From contig CM082590.2 in assembly GCA_040954595.2 (NCBI GenBank), positions 6,572,001-6,636,000 of the forward strand: 64,000 bases of DNA. The letters run 5' to 3'. Under the pieces are notes generated by a model. It was given only the letters and a program-made list of their open reading frames with translations. It was not told where the DNA came from and made no database searches. The translations under genes and the position numbers were made by a program. Positions 25,747-38,700 of the stretch are shown here, piece by piece (within the stretch, counting starts at the first letter, position 1; each line of letters starts with the position of its first letter). The DNA is from Balanoglossus misakiensis. Lineage: Eukaryota; Animalia; Hemichordata.

Positions 25747-26043
25747 TTCTGGAGTGACTAGCAATTTTTGCAAATTGTACTATTAATTGAATTCATAATT
25801 TAATTATTAGTTTTTTTCAATGAAATATTCAAATCCATACAACCCAAAGATGGCTCCTTTATTATTTCTATGGAAATTTCACAGTTTATTCTTTTCTTTC
25901 TGCACACTCGCAAACATCTTGAAATTAATCATAGAAAAATATCGAAATATATTGTACTGTGAACAAAACACTAATTTCCTTGAAAAAAGTTTAAAAAACG
26001 GCTACTTTTCGGAAATTGGAAAATGTTTTCTATACTGTTCAGA

Positions 26044-27456
26044 CTACTTATACGAGATTGGAAACGCCTTGTTCTGAAGAATGGAGTCCTATACAGGAAA
26101 TGCTTCATCGATGATATACAATATTTGCAACTTGTCTTACCAGTACACCATAGAAAAGATGTCCTGGAGGAACTACATGATAAACTTGGACACTTTGGCC
26201 AAGATAAAACCCTGGATCTGGTACGACGAAGATTCTACTGGCCTAGGATGTCGATGGATGTTCAAAAGAAAGTGGAACATTGTTTACCATGCATTCGCAG
26301 GAAAAGTTCAACTTCCTTACCCAGAACTCCCTTGGTTAATATTCACACATCACAACCGATGGAAATGGTGTGCATCGACTTTCTCCATATACCAACACCA
26401 GATCAAGGATATAGCAACATATTAGTGATGACGGACCATTTCACTCGATACGCTATAGCAGTACCTACAAAGAACCAGTCTGCCAAAACAACTGCCAAAG
26501 CATTGTTTGAACATTTGATTTTGCATTATGGGTTCCCAGGACGATTACACAGTGACCAGGGGCGAAACTTTGAGTCGTCTACAATTCAGGAACTTTGCCG
26601 AATAGCAAATATTAAGAAGTCCAGGACCACTCCATACCACCCCCAGGGAAATGGAATGTGCGAACGATTTAATAAGACGTTATTACAGATGCTTGGAACT
26701 ATGAATGAAGACAACAAAACAAGATGGGCTTCACATGTCAATACGATGGTTCATGCCTATAATTCTACAAAGCATGAAAGCACCGGATATTCACCTTTCT
26801 TTTTGATGTTTGGTCGTGAACCAAGACTGCCTATAGATGTATCTGGACATGCAGACCAGACCAACCTAGAATGTGGTGGAACAGTTTCAGATTATGTGAC
26901 GAAACTTGCCGAACGGTTGGATTACGCCTATAAAGTAGCAACGGAACGGTCTGTTAAGTCTGGTGAACGGCAGAAGAAGTCATATGATAGAAAAGTGAAG
27001 GTGGCCATAATACAACCTGGTGATACTGTGTTGGTGAAGAATACAGGACCTAAAGACAATTACAAATTGGCAGAACAATGGGAAAAGGATCCATATACAG
27101 TGATTTCACAGCCCATAGAAGACATTCCAGTATACGTGGTACAAAAACAAGTTAAGGGTGGAAGGAAGCGGACACTACATAGAAATTTGCTACTCCCAAT
27201 ACCAATAATTCCGGACGAACTGGATGACGATGTTAACACCAAGATGACGCAGCGTGATGTTAAGCAGAGTGTACCGGGTGTTATCAACGATGCTACCCAG
27301 GATGCAGTGGACGAAGAGGATGACGGCATTGGTAAATTGCAATTCGTGTCAACTATCAACTTGCCAACAGAACACAATGCTCTTAATCCTACTGCTGCAG
27401 AATTCATCCCATCCAGAAGAGAAAGTTCCCTGATGGACAACCCCAAGTATGGTTAA
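26044..27456 (+). CDS. pol: Gypsy Pol C-terminal part: integrase (HHCC, DDE core)
   Basis: HDKLGH..CLPC, CIDF, HSDQGRNFES, TTPYHPQGNGMCERFN, TGYSPFFLMFGR. Confidence 0.95.
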   Translation, partial: LLIRDWKRLVLKNGVLYRKCFIDDIQYLQLVLPVHHRKDVLEELHDKLGHFGQDKTLDLVRRRFYWPRMSMDVQKKVEHCLPCIRRKSSTSLPRTPLVNIHTSQPMEMVCIDFLHIPTPDQGYSNILVMTDHFTRYAIAVPTKNQSAKTTAKALFEHLILHYGFPGRLHSDQGRNFESSTIQELCRIANIKKSRTTPYHPQGNGMCERFNKTLLQMLGTMNEDNKTRWASHVNTMVHAYNSTKHESTGYSPFFLMFGREPRLPIDVSGHADQTNLECGGTVSDYVTKLAERLDYAYKVATERSVKSGERQKKSYDRKVKVAIIQPGDTVLVKNTGPKDNYKLAEQWEKDPYTVISQPIEDIPVYVVQKQVKGGRKRTLHRNLLLPIPIIPDELDDDVNTKMTQRDVKQSVPGVINDATQDAVDEEDDGIGKLQFVSTINLPTEHNALNPTAAEFIPSRRESSLMDNPKYG

Positions 27457-27783
27457 TCCGGATGGACCTTCTCAAGTACTTACCTCAGATTTCTCGAATC
27501 ATATTTTGCAAAGTACGGATGGTTGGTCATCGAGCGATCCAGATGGTATCCCTCCTGCTACAACCAACATCAGTCCTGACTCCAGTAGTAGTACTCAACC
27601 TGAACCACGCTATCCTACACGACAGAGACGACCTCCAGATAGATATAGTCCCGAACAATGGAATCTAAAACAGTTTGCTCATACGACTTTATCTTCTATA
27701 CCATTTATTAATTGCCACTATTAATCAAATATCTTTAACTTACTTTAAATGACGAGGACGCCATTTCTCCTCGCAGGGGTGCG

Positions 27784-28425
27784 TGTAACGGCCTTGTTGA
27801 TCCATTGAATTTGTATACATGTATATCTGTATGTATGTTATACCTGTATCTTATAGTAATTAGTTATTCAATTATTCATATGACGTAATAGTACTTACCT
27901 TCAATTGGTTGATCTTAATTATATGCAAACCACCTGGAAGTTTCATTTGACCAATGAACACAAGCTAATCTGGCACTATGATGTAATTGCTGATATAAAA
28001 GGACATGGTGCATAAAATTGGTCAGTTCACCTCTGTAGCCAGACCGGCCACACACGTTGGAACTGACATGTATTTGTTCCATTTCAGGTTAGTTTCCTTG
28101 TACCTTACCTGTTGCTTGAAGCTTTGTATTTTGGTGCATTCTACCGACTCATTTCAGCACAAGTAATTGGTGTCTTTAACTTGCGTCAATTTTCCAATTG
28201 TATGTCTATATTTTTCACTTGCATGAATTTTGGTGTATTCTGTTGGAGGTGAACTCCCATACATGTGTGTAATTTAGCAGTTCACCTCTGTAGCCAGACC
28301 GGCCACACACGTTGGAACTGACATGTATTTGTTCCATTTCAGTTATTAAATGTAAGGCCTATGTCTTTGTTACCCGTAACCTGTTTGGTGTGAATATGTT
28401 GGAATGAACGGCGACAACCGTGACA
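27784..28425 (+). repeat. 3' LTR (642 bp)
   Basis: Matches the 5' LTR; preceded by a short purine-rich AGGGGTGCG. Confidence 0.96.
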
Positions 28426-29211
28426 AATTATTAGGCTAGAAAGGGAATTTTTACTTTTTAATCGTTTTTCACAAAATCCAATATGGCCGCCATAATCTTC
28501 GACCAATCACATTCATCTTCGCAAACTTGATAGACATCTGTTTAATGACCACACACACCAAATCTTGTGACTCGGTTATGGCCGGTTCTTGAGTAGAAGA
28601 TTTTTCAAATTTTACTAGGGTTTTTCGAAAATCCAATATGGCCGCCATAATCTTCGACCAATCACAATGATCTTCGCAAACTTGATAGACATCAGTTAGG
28701 TGACCACATACCCCAAACCCTGTGTCTCGGTTATCACCGGTTCTGGAGAAGAAGATTTTTGAAATTTAGGCCAGATTTCAGAAAAAAATTGTAGCAAAAA
28801 AACTGCAACTTTGTCAGCATAATTTCCAATTACAAAAATGATGGGCAAAAGGTAGTCTACGAGCATGCCAAATTTGAAGTCGATCTGACTTGTAGTTTCT
28901 GAGATCTGAGATTTGCATTTTTTCAGAAAATCCAAGATGGCCGCCATGTCACATGACTAATTAAGTATTCACAAGTCACTGCACATCTACTCATTGACCT
29001 TGACCACTGTAGCAAGTTTGAGAACTGTACCTGCAGCAGTGTTTGAGATCTAGAGCGATAAAGAATGGAACCAAGAATAAAGAAAGAAAGAAAGAAAGAC
29101 AGAAAAACCCCAGCGAAACCAATACGGGCCCAAGCCTGGCTTGGCTTGGGCCCGTAAAAAACCCCAACGAAACCAATAGGGCCCAAGCGCTGGCTTGCGC
29201 TTGGGCCCTAA

Positions 29212-30631
29212 TTAAAGCTGCAAGCAGCATTGTCCGGGCCCAAGCTCTATTATCTGATCTGATTATTAGATATGCACATAATTAATGAGTAGAAACATAA
29301 TGTTGTGTTTTATACCACGAAATATCAAGATTATATCTATGTTTAGTGCTGATATAGTGTTAAGTAGGTCAAAGGTCACCCAGAGGTCACCCACAATTTG
29401 GGCAGAAAATTTTGACCCATAGTGGTCCATGTCCAACAAAAACCAGACCTCTAGCCCTTTTGGTTAGCCCGGAATTAGGTATGCACATAAATAATGAGTT
29501 AAGCAGGTGTCACAGGTGACCCAAAACTTTGGCTTTTCATTATGGCCCCATACCTCCAAACGCCAAGGCTGTATCTGCTGTGGATGCTGAGATTTGCGAA
29601 AGTAGGTCAAAGGTCACCAGAGGTCACCCAACATTTGGGTAAAAACATTTGACCCCATACTGGTCCTGTCCAACAAAAAGAAAACCTCTAGGTCTATTGG
29701 TTCGCCTGTAATTAGCTATGCACATAATTAATGAGGTCAGCAGGGGTCAAAGGGGTCGTGAAAAGTAGCAAAATATTTTGATCACACACTAATCCACATA
29801 CATCAAAAACCAAACTTATAGCCCTATTGGTTAGCCTGGAATAAGATATGCAGAAAAATGATGCGTCAAAAGTAGGTCAAAGGTCATTGCCAAAATTACC
29901 AAAATATTTATAGCACATTGTAGTCATATGATGATTCATATCCATAAAAAGAATTTCTGTGCTATCAATTTTTAGGCTAGAAAGGGAATTTTTACTTTTT
30001 AATCGTTTTTCGCAAAATCCAATATGGCCGCCATAATCTTCGACCAATCACAATGCTCTTTGCAAACTTGATAGACATCAGTATAGTGACCATACTGCTC
30101 AAATCTTGTGACTCAATTATCGCCGGTTCTTGAGAAGAAGATTTTTGAAGTTTTACTATGGTTTTTCGAAAATCCAATATGGCCGCCATAATCTTCGACT
30201 AATCACAATGATTTTCGCAAACTTGATAGACATCAGATAGGTGACCACATACCCCAAACCCCGTGTCTCAGTTATCACCGGTTCTGGAGAAGAAGATTTT
30301 TGAAATTTAAGCCGGATTTTAGAAAAAAAATTGTAGCAAAAAAACTGCAACATTGACAGCATAATTTCCAATTACAAAAATGATGGGCAGAATGTAATCT
30401 ACCTGCACACCAAATTTGAAGTCGATCTGACTTGTAGTTTCTGAGATCTGAGATTTGCATTTTTTCAGAAAATCCAATATGGCCGCCAGGTCACGTGACT
30501 AATTAAAAATTCAAGGGTTCAATGCACAACTACTCATTGACCTTGACCACTGTAGAAAGTTTGAGAAGTGTACCTGCAGCGGTGTCTGAGATCTAGAGCG
30601 ACAAAGAATTGACACAAGAATAAAGAAAGAA
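29212..30631 (-). mobile_element. Subtype A unit interrupted by the autonomous Helentron
   Basis: Left hairpin/subTIR at 29212; interrupted at GAAAGAA|TT 30631. Confidence 0.8.
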
Positions 30632-33600
30632 TTAAAGCTGCAAGCAGCATTGTCCGGGCCCAAGCTCTATTATCTGATCTGATTATTAGATATGCACATA
30701 ATTAATGAGTAGAAACATAATGCAGTGTTTTATCCCATGAAATATCAAGGTTATATCTATGTTTGGTGCTGATATAGTGTTAAGTAGGTCAAAGGTCACC
30801 CAGGGGTCACCCACAATTTGGGCAGAATATTTTGACCCATAGTGGTCAATGTCCAACAAAAACCAGACCTCTAGCCCTTTTGGTTAACCCGGAATTAGGT
30901 ATGCACATAAATAATGCATAAAGCAGGTGTCACAGGTGACCCCACAACTTTGGCTTTTCATTATGGCCCCATACCTCCAAACGCCAAGGTTGTACCTGCT
31001 TTGGATGCTGAGATATGCAAAAGTAGGTCAAAGGTCATCTGAGGTCACCCAAAATTTGGGTAGAAAATTTTGACCCATAGTGGTCCATGTATAACAAAAA
31101 CAAAACCTCTAGGTCTATTGGTTCATCTGTAATTAGGTATGTGCATATTTAATGAGGTCAGCAGAGGTCAAAGGGGTCATGAAAAGTAGCAAAATTTGTT
31201 GATCACATACAAATCCACATACATCAAAAACCAAACTTATAGCCCTATTGGTTAGCCAGGAATTAGATATGCAGAAAAATGATGCGTCAAAAGTAGGTCA
31301 AAGGTCATTGCCAAAATTACCAAAATATTTACAGCTTATTCTTGGCATATGATGATTCATATCCATAAAAAGAATTTCTGTGCTATCAATTTTTAGGCTA
31401 GAAAGGGAATTTTTACTTTTTAATTGTTTTTCACAAAATCCAATATGGCCGCCATAATCTTCGACCAATCACATTCTCCTTCGCAAATTTGATAGACATC
31501 TGTTTAATGACCACACACACCAAATCTTGTGACTCAGTTATCGCCGGTTCTTGAGAAGAAGATTTTTGAAATTTTACTAGGGTTTTTCGAAAATCCAATA
31601 TGGCCGCCATAATCTTCGACCAATCACAATGATCTTCGCAAACTTGATAGACCTCAGTTTGGTGACCACATACCCCAAACCGCGTGACTCGGTTATTGCC
31701 GGTTCTGGAGAAGAAGATTTTTGAAATTTTGATCAGATTTCAGAAAAACAACTGTAGCAAAAAAACTGCAACATTGAAAGCAAAATATCCTATTTCAAAA
31801 ATGATGGGCAGAAGGTAAACTACCAGCACACCAAATCTGAAGTAAATCTGACTTGTAGTTTCTGAGATCTGAGATTTGCATTTTTTCAGAAAAAACAATA
31901 TGGCCGCCATGTCACGGTCAAAGGTCATTGCCAAAATTACCAAAATATTTGGGGTAGGTCCTGGCAGGGGTGATACCAATGTGCACAAAAATCAGAACTC
32001 TGGTACATTTAGAACAGGTAGAATGAGCTATATATGCATCCCTATAGGTTAGCCTGGAAATAGATATGCAGAAATAATAATGTGTGAAAAGTAGGTCAAA
32101 GGTCAGGTGAAAAATCGCCAAAAATTTGTAACATATTTTAGTCATATGACGATTGATATCCATAAAAAGAATTTGCATGCTATCAATGTTTAGACTAGAA
32201 AAAGGAATTTCAATTTTTCACTGCTTTTTACAAAATCCAATATGGCCGCCATATTTTTCGACCAATCACAATGCTCTTTGCAAACCTGATAGACATCAGT
32301 GTAATGACCATACTCCCCGAATCTTGCGACTCAGTTATCGCCAGTTCTGGAGAAGATTGTTGGAGTTTTACTATGGTTTTTCGAAAATCCAATATGGCCG
32401 CCATAATCTTCGACCAATCACATGTTCTTGGCAAACTTAGTAAAAATTGTGGCAAAAAAACTGGAACATGGACATCATAATGTCCAATTACAAAAATGAT
32501 GGGCAGAAGGTAGACTACAAAACATTATGATTACACACTAATCCACATGCATCATTACACATGCAGTAGTTGAGGGCGAAATACAAAGTTAGAATGGACA
32601 CATTATGTGATTGGTTAATTAGTCACAAGTGATGTGTGGATTGGTTGTAAATAGTTGAAAATTTTCATCTGAATCAATGAAAGTTTTGACAGAGGTATTT
32701 GTTTGGCTATAAACATATCTTTATTTAAGTGAACAGATCTGTATATTACATTCGTTAACTGTGAAGAGGATGTAGTATAGATATACCAATATATTGAGCT
32801 GTATAAACAGAGTGTTAACCCAACACGTCTATGGGGTATGAATCTGAAAGCAACTTCATCCTACGCACTTGAATCCGAAAACGAATCTGACTCCAGCAGA
32901 GGCGTTGACCTGAATCCGGTGAGTAACACGTATACAATTACATGCAGTTTTTAAATGTGGTACGAATGAGAGAATCGGTTGTTTGAACGTATTATACTTG
33001 GTGATGTTGGTTATGAAGTTGTTGTTTAACCAATGGTAGTGTGATTTTGTCTGTTTGTGAGACGATGGCAGTTTTGTAAGATGTTTTGTATTTTCGTCTC
33101 GAGCGAATTCCAATATGGCGGCTATCGTAACGTGTCGAGATTGCTTACTGTATGTAAAGAATCCATGGTACCGTAAGCATGCATGTTTTGGCAAATGTTA
33201 TATATGTTGAGATGGTGGAGTTTGCTGGATTAAATAGAACAATTAGAGGCTGGGTAAATCAGAGTTTCTAGTGCGTTCCATTCAAGTTGAAATTACGAGA
33301 TAAGCTTCTTTTTCAGTCAATGTACAAATGATTATTTAGACTGGAAAGGGTTTAGGCAAGCGAATCTCGTGACCGGAAGTGTTGAATTCGGGCGATCGGT
33401 GTGCCATGCGTATGTTACGTACAAGCGTTGGTAAAGTATTATTTCTGGGATGTGTATTTGTAAAAAATAAATAAACTGTGTGATATTTATGGATTGGCTT
33501 TTCCAAATACGTAAATACTGCATTTATTTCTGTGAATATTGTATGTTTATGTGATCAAAAGCCCAGGGGTTATCATTGTAATTTTTATCAGTTAAATCGA

Positions 33601-34097
33601 TTTGTTTTTTGATAATTGAAAGGAATTTTGCTTCAAATATTGAACAATCTGTGTGAGTACAAAACAGAAACATTGCTGGATTATTTGACGTTTTAGTTGT
33701 TTGTAAAAAAGTGGGGACAAGCGGAGAATTGGCCAAATATTTTTGGTGACCACTGTCTTTAGTGTGTATGCTTTCTGGTGGTGACAGGTGTGCCAAAACA
33801 TAGACAATGGAATCTGGCAGGAGCATGAAAAGAACAGTTGACTTGTAAACATATTTTGATGCCATGAAACTATGTTGTGGGCAAGACAAGTTATGTTATC
33901 AATCTGTGGTAACCTGTATGTGCCATTTGTATGGAAACTGTGATCAAGATATGAATTTCTGAATATCACAAGCTTGGCAGTGAATTCATTGTTAATTGTT
34001 ATCCTGTTTGTAGGCAATTGTATATTTTCATGTACTAGTTTAAATATACATTTATAGTTAATTAGTTATTAATTATTATTTATTATTTTCTTGACAG

Positions 34098-34123
34098 ATT
34101 TTGGCTACCAAAGAGTTTTCAAG
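34098..34123 (+). other. Putative 26-nt non-coding 5' UTR exon of the RepHel gene
   Basis: TTTTCTTGACAG|...TTCAAG|GTGAGT; upstream donor CCG|GTGAGT at 32918; acceptor TTTGTTCCAG directly before ATG 35771. Confidence 0.55.
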
Positions 34124-34619
34124 GTGAGTGTTGGTGCACAACAGTGCATATTATCATAGATTAACACTCAGGTGTGCATTGTGTCAAATGTGAATTAGCC
34201 TTTTAAATCATTTGCGGAGAAATTGCTTAGTTCTACTATCAGTCACACTGTGGTTTAATATCAGATAGGATGATTGTCCACTTCCATGCACCGTCTGTTA
34301 ACATGTAAAAGCACTAGCCCATTTCTTTGAATTTGTTATTCAGGGGTGATGGAACAAAAACATATTGTAATAGTTCATAGAAATGGTGTTTATTGAATAC
34401 ATCAGAAAGGAAGGGACTTGTATGTGCAGAACAATCATTGTGCTATGTGGTGTTAAGACCATTGGATAGTGCCGTTTCTTACAACAGTGGCTTCAATAAA
34501 ACATTGGTATGATGTATGTTTCTTGATATCCCTGCCTTGTTATTGAACTTGTATATTAAATTGTTAAGTGTAAATCAGGTCTATAACAATCGTTTGTGAT
34601 TCGTATGAGTGCATAATGA

Positions 34620-35495
34620 AAATGAGAAAATGTCGGGTCATTCAGGGTCAGGTCTGAAGCCTTATTTGGTTGTACATGGTGGATGTTGGGGTGTCCGTGT
34701 ATTTGTTTATGTGTGTGCAAATTCATACATGTATGCCTATCGTACTTGGACTTGATATTGCTAGTTGGTGGAAATGGTTTTGAAGTGAAATTTTATTCAG
34801 ATTTGGCTGAGTACATTGCAACGTAAATGGGAAAATGTCGGGTCATTCAGGGTCAGGTCTGAAGCCTTATTTGGTTGCACACAGTGGATGTTGGGGTGTC
34901 CGTGTATTTGTTTATGTGTGTGCAAATTCATACATGTATGCCTATCGTACTTGGACTTGATATTGCTAACTGGTAGAAATGGTTTTGAAGTGAAATTTTA
35001 TTCACATTTGTCTGAGTACATTGCAACGTAAATGGGAAAATGTCGGGTCATTCAGGGTCAGGTCTGAAGCCTTATTTGGTTGTACACGGTGGATGTTTTG
35101 GTGTCCGTGTATTTGTTTATGTGTGTGCAAATTCATACATGTATGCCTATCGTACTTGGACTTGATATTGCTAGCTGGTGGAAATGGTTTTGAAGTGAAA
35201 TTTTATTCAGATTTGGCTGAGTACATTGCAACGTAAATGGGAAAATGTCGGGTCATTCAGGGTCAGGTCTGAAGCCTTATTTGGTTGTACATGGTGGATG
35301 TTGGGGTGTCCGTGTATTTGTTTATGTCTGTGCAAATTCATACATGTATGCCTATCGTACTTGGACTTGATATTGCTAAATAGTGGAAATGATTTTTAAA
35401 GAAAATTTCACTCAGATCTGAGATTTGTCTGAGCACATTCTAATGTGAATGCCAGAATGTTAAGTCATACAGGGGTTAGGATTTAAGCCTTATCC
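34620..35495 (+). repeat. 205-bp tandem repeat, ~4 copies
   Basis: GAAAATGTCGGGTCATTCAGGGTCAGG recurs every 205 bp (ORFs 34816/35021). Confidence 0.93.
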
Positions 35496-35770
35496 TGTGT
35501 TCCAGCAGAAAAAAAGTGTGTCTGTGATACTTTGTGTGTATATGTGTCTATTTGTATACAGGCATGGGGATATGTGTGTATTATGTGTTGCTGTTGAATT
35601 ACAACCTTGTTCGGACTTAGTTTCTATAAATCACTTCTGTCTGTTAAAAGTTCCACTGCTTTTTACTGGTTATAATCACTAGTGATGTGATTTGATGAGA
35701 AGATTATCCGAAGTCTGGTGGTGAAAGGATAGTAAAAACCTAACTAGACAGTATATTTGCTTTGTTCCAG

Positions 35771-38700
35771 ATGCCACGCAGTAGATACTGGAGGAAGAAG
35801 AGGAGTCAGAAGAATGAAGATACTGTTGTGTCTGAGGATCCTGTCCTCTTGAAAAACAGGATAGCTATAGAGCACAAAGAGGGGCCTGCCCTCTCTAAAA
35901 ACAGGAATAGAAATGAATACAAAGAGGGGCCTGCCCTCTCTAAAAACAGGAATAGAAATGAATTCAAAGAGGGGCCTGCCCTCTCTAAAAACAGGAATAG
36001 AAATGAATACAAAGAGGGGCCTGCCCTCTCTAAAAACAGGAATAGAAATGAATACAAAGAGGGGCCTGCCCTCTCTAAAAACAGGAATAGAAATGAATTC
36101 AAAGAGGGGCCTGCCCTCTCTAAAAACAGGAATATGGATAAAATCAGAAAAAGTGACAGAGAAAATGAAAGTACAAAAGTCAACAATGAGATATTTGAGA
36201 CTGAAAATCAAAGTGTTGATAAGACTGAAGGAAGTAATGAAATTCTGCAAGAACATAGTCTTGACAATGATTCATCGGATGACCTATATATTGGTAGTGG
36301 AACAGGGGACAGCGTATATTCATTCTCTCCACTAACTTTTGATGTATGTGAACAGCTGTGTTGCAAATTTGACATTGTAGATAAAAATAATATTGATATT
36401 TTCAATAAACTTGGAAGTGTAACAATTGGAGACCCATGTAATTACAAGTCAATTATTGGTGATGGGAACTGTTTTTTTAGGTCCTTGTCATATTGTATAA
36501 GTGGGACTGAGCGAAATCACGGAGTTATTCGAACGGCCATTGTGAATCACTTGAAAGCCAATGAGGAAGTATATTCAGGCTGGGTACGGTTAGATGGATA
36601 TACATCAGTTGCTGATTACATTGCAAAGTCCAGAATGGATCATCTCGGAACATGGGCTACAGAAACTGAAATCCTTGCCACTACAAATCTCTTCAATGTA
36701 AATATTTTCGTGTACAGTTTCGATAGTTGGTGGAAACATTCATGTAATATAATCAATAAAAACAATGTTGATAGAGGTGTTGGTATATACCTGAACCATC
36801 GCAATAGAAACCATTATGAAGTAGTTGAGTGTGTGAAGACACCACAGTTGGAAAACTGTCATTGTACACACATTGATTGCAATGAAGTTGTCCCTATTGA
36901 AAATGTAACTGGAGAATGCATGGGTGTGACAGACAATGAGTGTTCAAAACAAATTGGTTTGAAAAAAGAGTTCCATTTGGATGACGTTTTTGCAACACAG
37001 TGTTTCGCACCAGTACGAAATAAGAAACGCGGTAGAGCCATTGGTGAACGGTTGAAAAAGAAACTCAGGCGTGAAAAGTATGAAAGTGAAAGAGGTAAAT
37101 TGAATGAATTAAATGTACCCAGTAGTCTGAAGAGCTCTAAAGCATCTAAACAATATGAACGCTATCAGACTAATTCTGAATATAGAGACAACATAAAATC
37201 GGATAGTAGAAAGAGATATCATGAAGATGTACTGTATAGAGAGAACAAAAAACGTAGACTTGCAGGAAGATATGATCATGACCTAGTATATCGTGAAGTA
37301 CAGAAAACTGTATGTGCAGAACAATGTTTGGCAAAATATGAAAAAGTTCCACTATACAGAGAGCACAAGAAGAGTGAGAGTGCAGCACAATGTGTTGACA
37401 AGTACAAAAAAGATCAGACATTCCGAGAACAAAAGAAGAGACAGAGTGCAGAACAATGTGTTGACAAGTACAAAAAAGATCAGACATTCCGAGAACAAAA
37501 GAAGAGACAGAATGCAGCACTATGTGTTGACAAGTACAAAAAAGATCAGACTTTCCGAGAACAAAAGAAGAGACAATGTGTTGACAAGTACAAAAAAGAT
37601 CAGACATTCCGAGAACAAAAGAAGAGACAGAGTGCAGCACAATGTGTTGACAAGTACAAAAAAGATCAGACATTCCGAGAACAAAAGAAGAGACAGAGTG
37701 CAGCACAATGTGTTCATAAGTACAAAAAAGATCTGGAGTTTCGAGAACAAAAGAAGAGACAGACTGCAGCAGTATTTGCTGACAAGTTCCAAAACGATCA
37801 GAAGTTCCGAGAACACAAAAAAAGTCAGAATGCAGCACAATTTCTTGACAAGTATAACAGAGATGAAGAGTTTCAAAACTGGACCAAAAAAAAATGTTTG
37901 GAACGTTACCAACAGGATCACGTTTATAAACAAACTGTACTGCAGAGAAGACGTACTGAGAGGAAAGTGACAAAGATTGAAAAGGGAAATATAGAGCGTG
38001 TTATAATTGATTTCCGGAATCAGATTTCAGTTGGGCCAAATTGTGTATGTTCAGTTTGTCACCGGCGACTTTTTAGAAAACAGGTAATTGTTTGTAAGAT
38101 GGATAACTATGTCTCTAAGGGAGGTCTCTGTGAAATGAATGCCAACAAATGCATAACACAAGAGTATGTACACAACTGTAGTGAATTATGTATTGTTGAT
38201 TGTCCCCTTAAGAGCAGTGCAGCCAGTAAATTATGGATTTGTCACACATGTCATAGCAAACTCTTGCGTGCAGAGATGCCTGTTCAAGCTGCTGCAAACA
38301 ATCTTGATGTCAAACCAATCCCTGATGAATTAAAATGTCTGAATTCTTTAGAGCAACATTTAATTGCACTGCATATTCCTTTCATGAAAATGATGGCTCT
38401 GCCAAGAGGTGGACAAAATGGTGTTCACGGACCTGTTGTGTGTGTCCCGTCTAATATAGAAAAGGCCACAAGTATTTTGCCTAGAGGTGAATTGGAGGAC
38501 CAGATGATAAAGGTGAAATTGAAGCGGAAATTAAGTTATAAAGGTTGTTATCAGTATCAATTTGTAAACAAAGGACACATTCAAAATGCACTGGAATACC
38601 TACAGAAAAATAACAAGTGGTATAATGATGTCAAATTCAATCTCACTTGGGAAAATACTCTTGAAAAGACTGAAGAAAAATCTAATGGTGAAAGTAATGA

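Larger units (their letters stand above)
23175..26039. mobile_element. Non-autonomous foldback-type DNA transposon (2865 bp), superfamily unassigned
   Basis: 34-bp TIR AACAGTATAGAAAACATTTTCCAATTTCCGAAAA; CAGA TSD (23171-23174, 26040-26043); removal restores pol ...TGDIR|LLIRDWK. Confidence 0.92.
17489..28425 (+). mobile_element. Full-length Ty3/Gypsy LTR retrotransposon, pol disrupted by an insertion
   Basis: Two 642-bp TG..CA LTRs, AATT TSD (17485-17488, 28426-28429), PBS, gag, and PR-RT-RH-INT domain order. Confidence 0.97.
16492..29157 (-). mobile_element. Complete subtype A unit carrying the Gypsy insertion
   Basis: Left hairpin/subTIR at 16492; right palindrome TACGGGCCCAAGCC-TGGCTT-GGCTTGGGCCCGTAA; module sequence continues across the Gypsy TSD. 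Confidence 0.8.
15201..29211 (-). mobile_element. Subtype A unit split by a nested insertion (body 15201-16491, terminus 29158-29211)
   Basis: GACAGA (ends 16491) + AAAACCCC (from 29158) rebuilds the intact GACAGAAAAACCCC motif. Confidence 0.8.

Noticed and set aside
35744-37973. Antisense and alternate-frame ORFs over RepHel
   Set aside because: Shadows of in-frame coding repeats.
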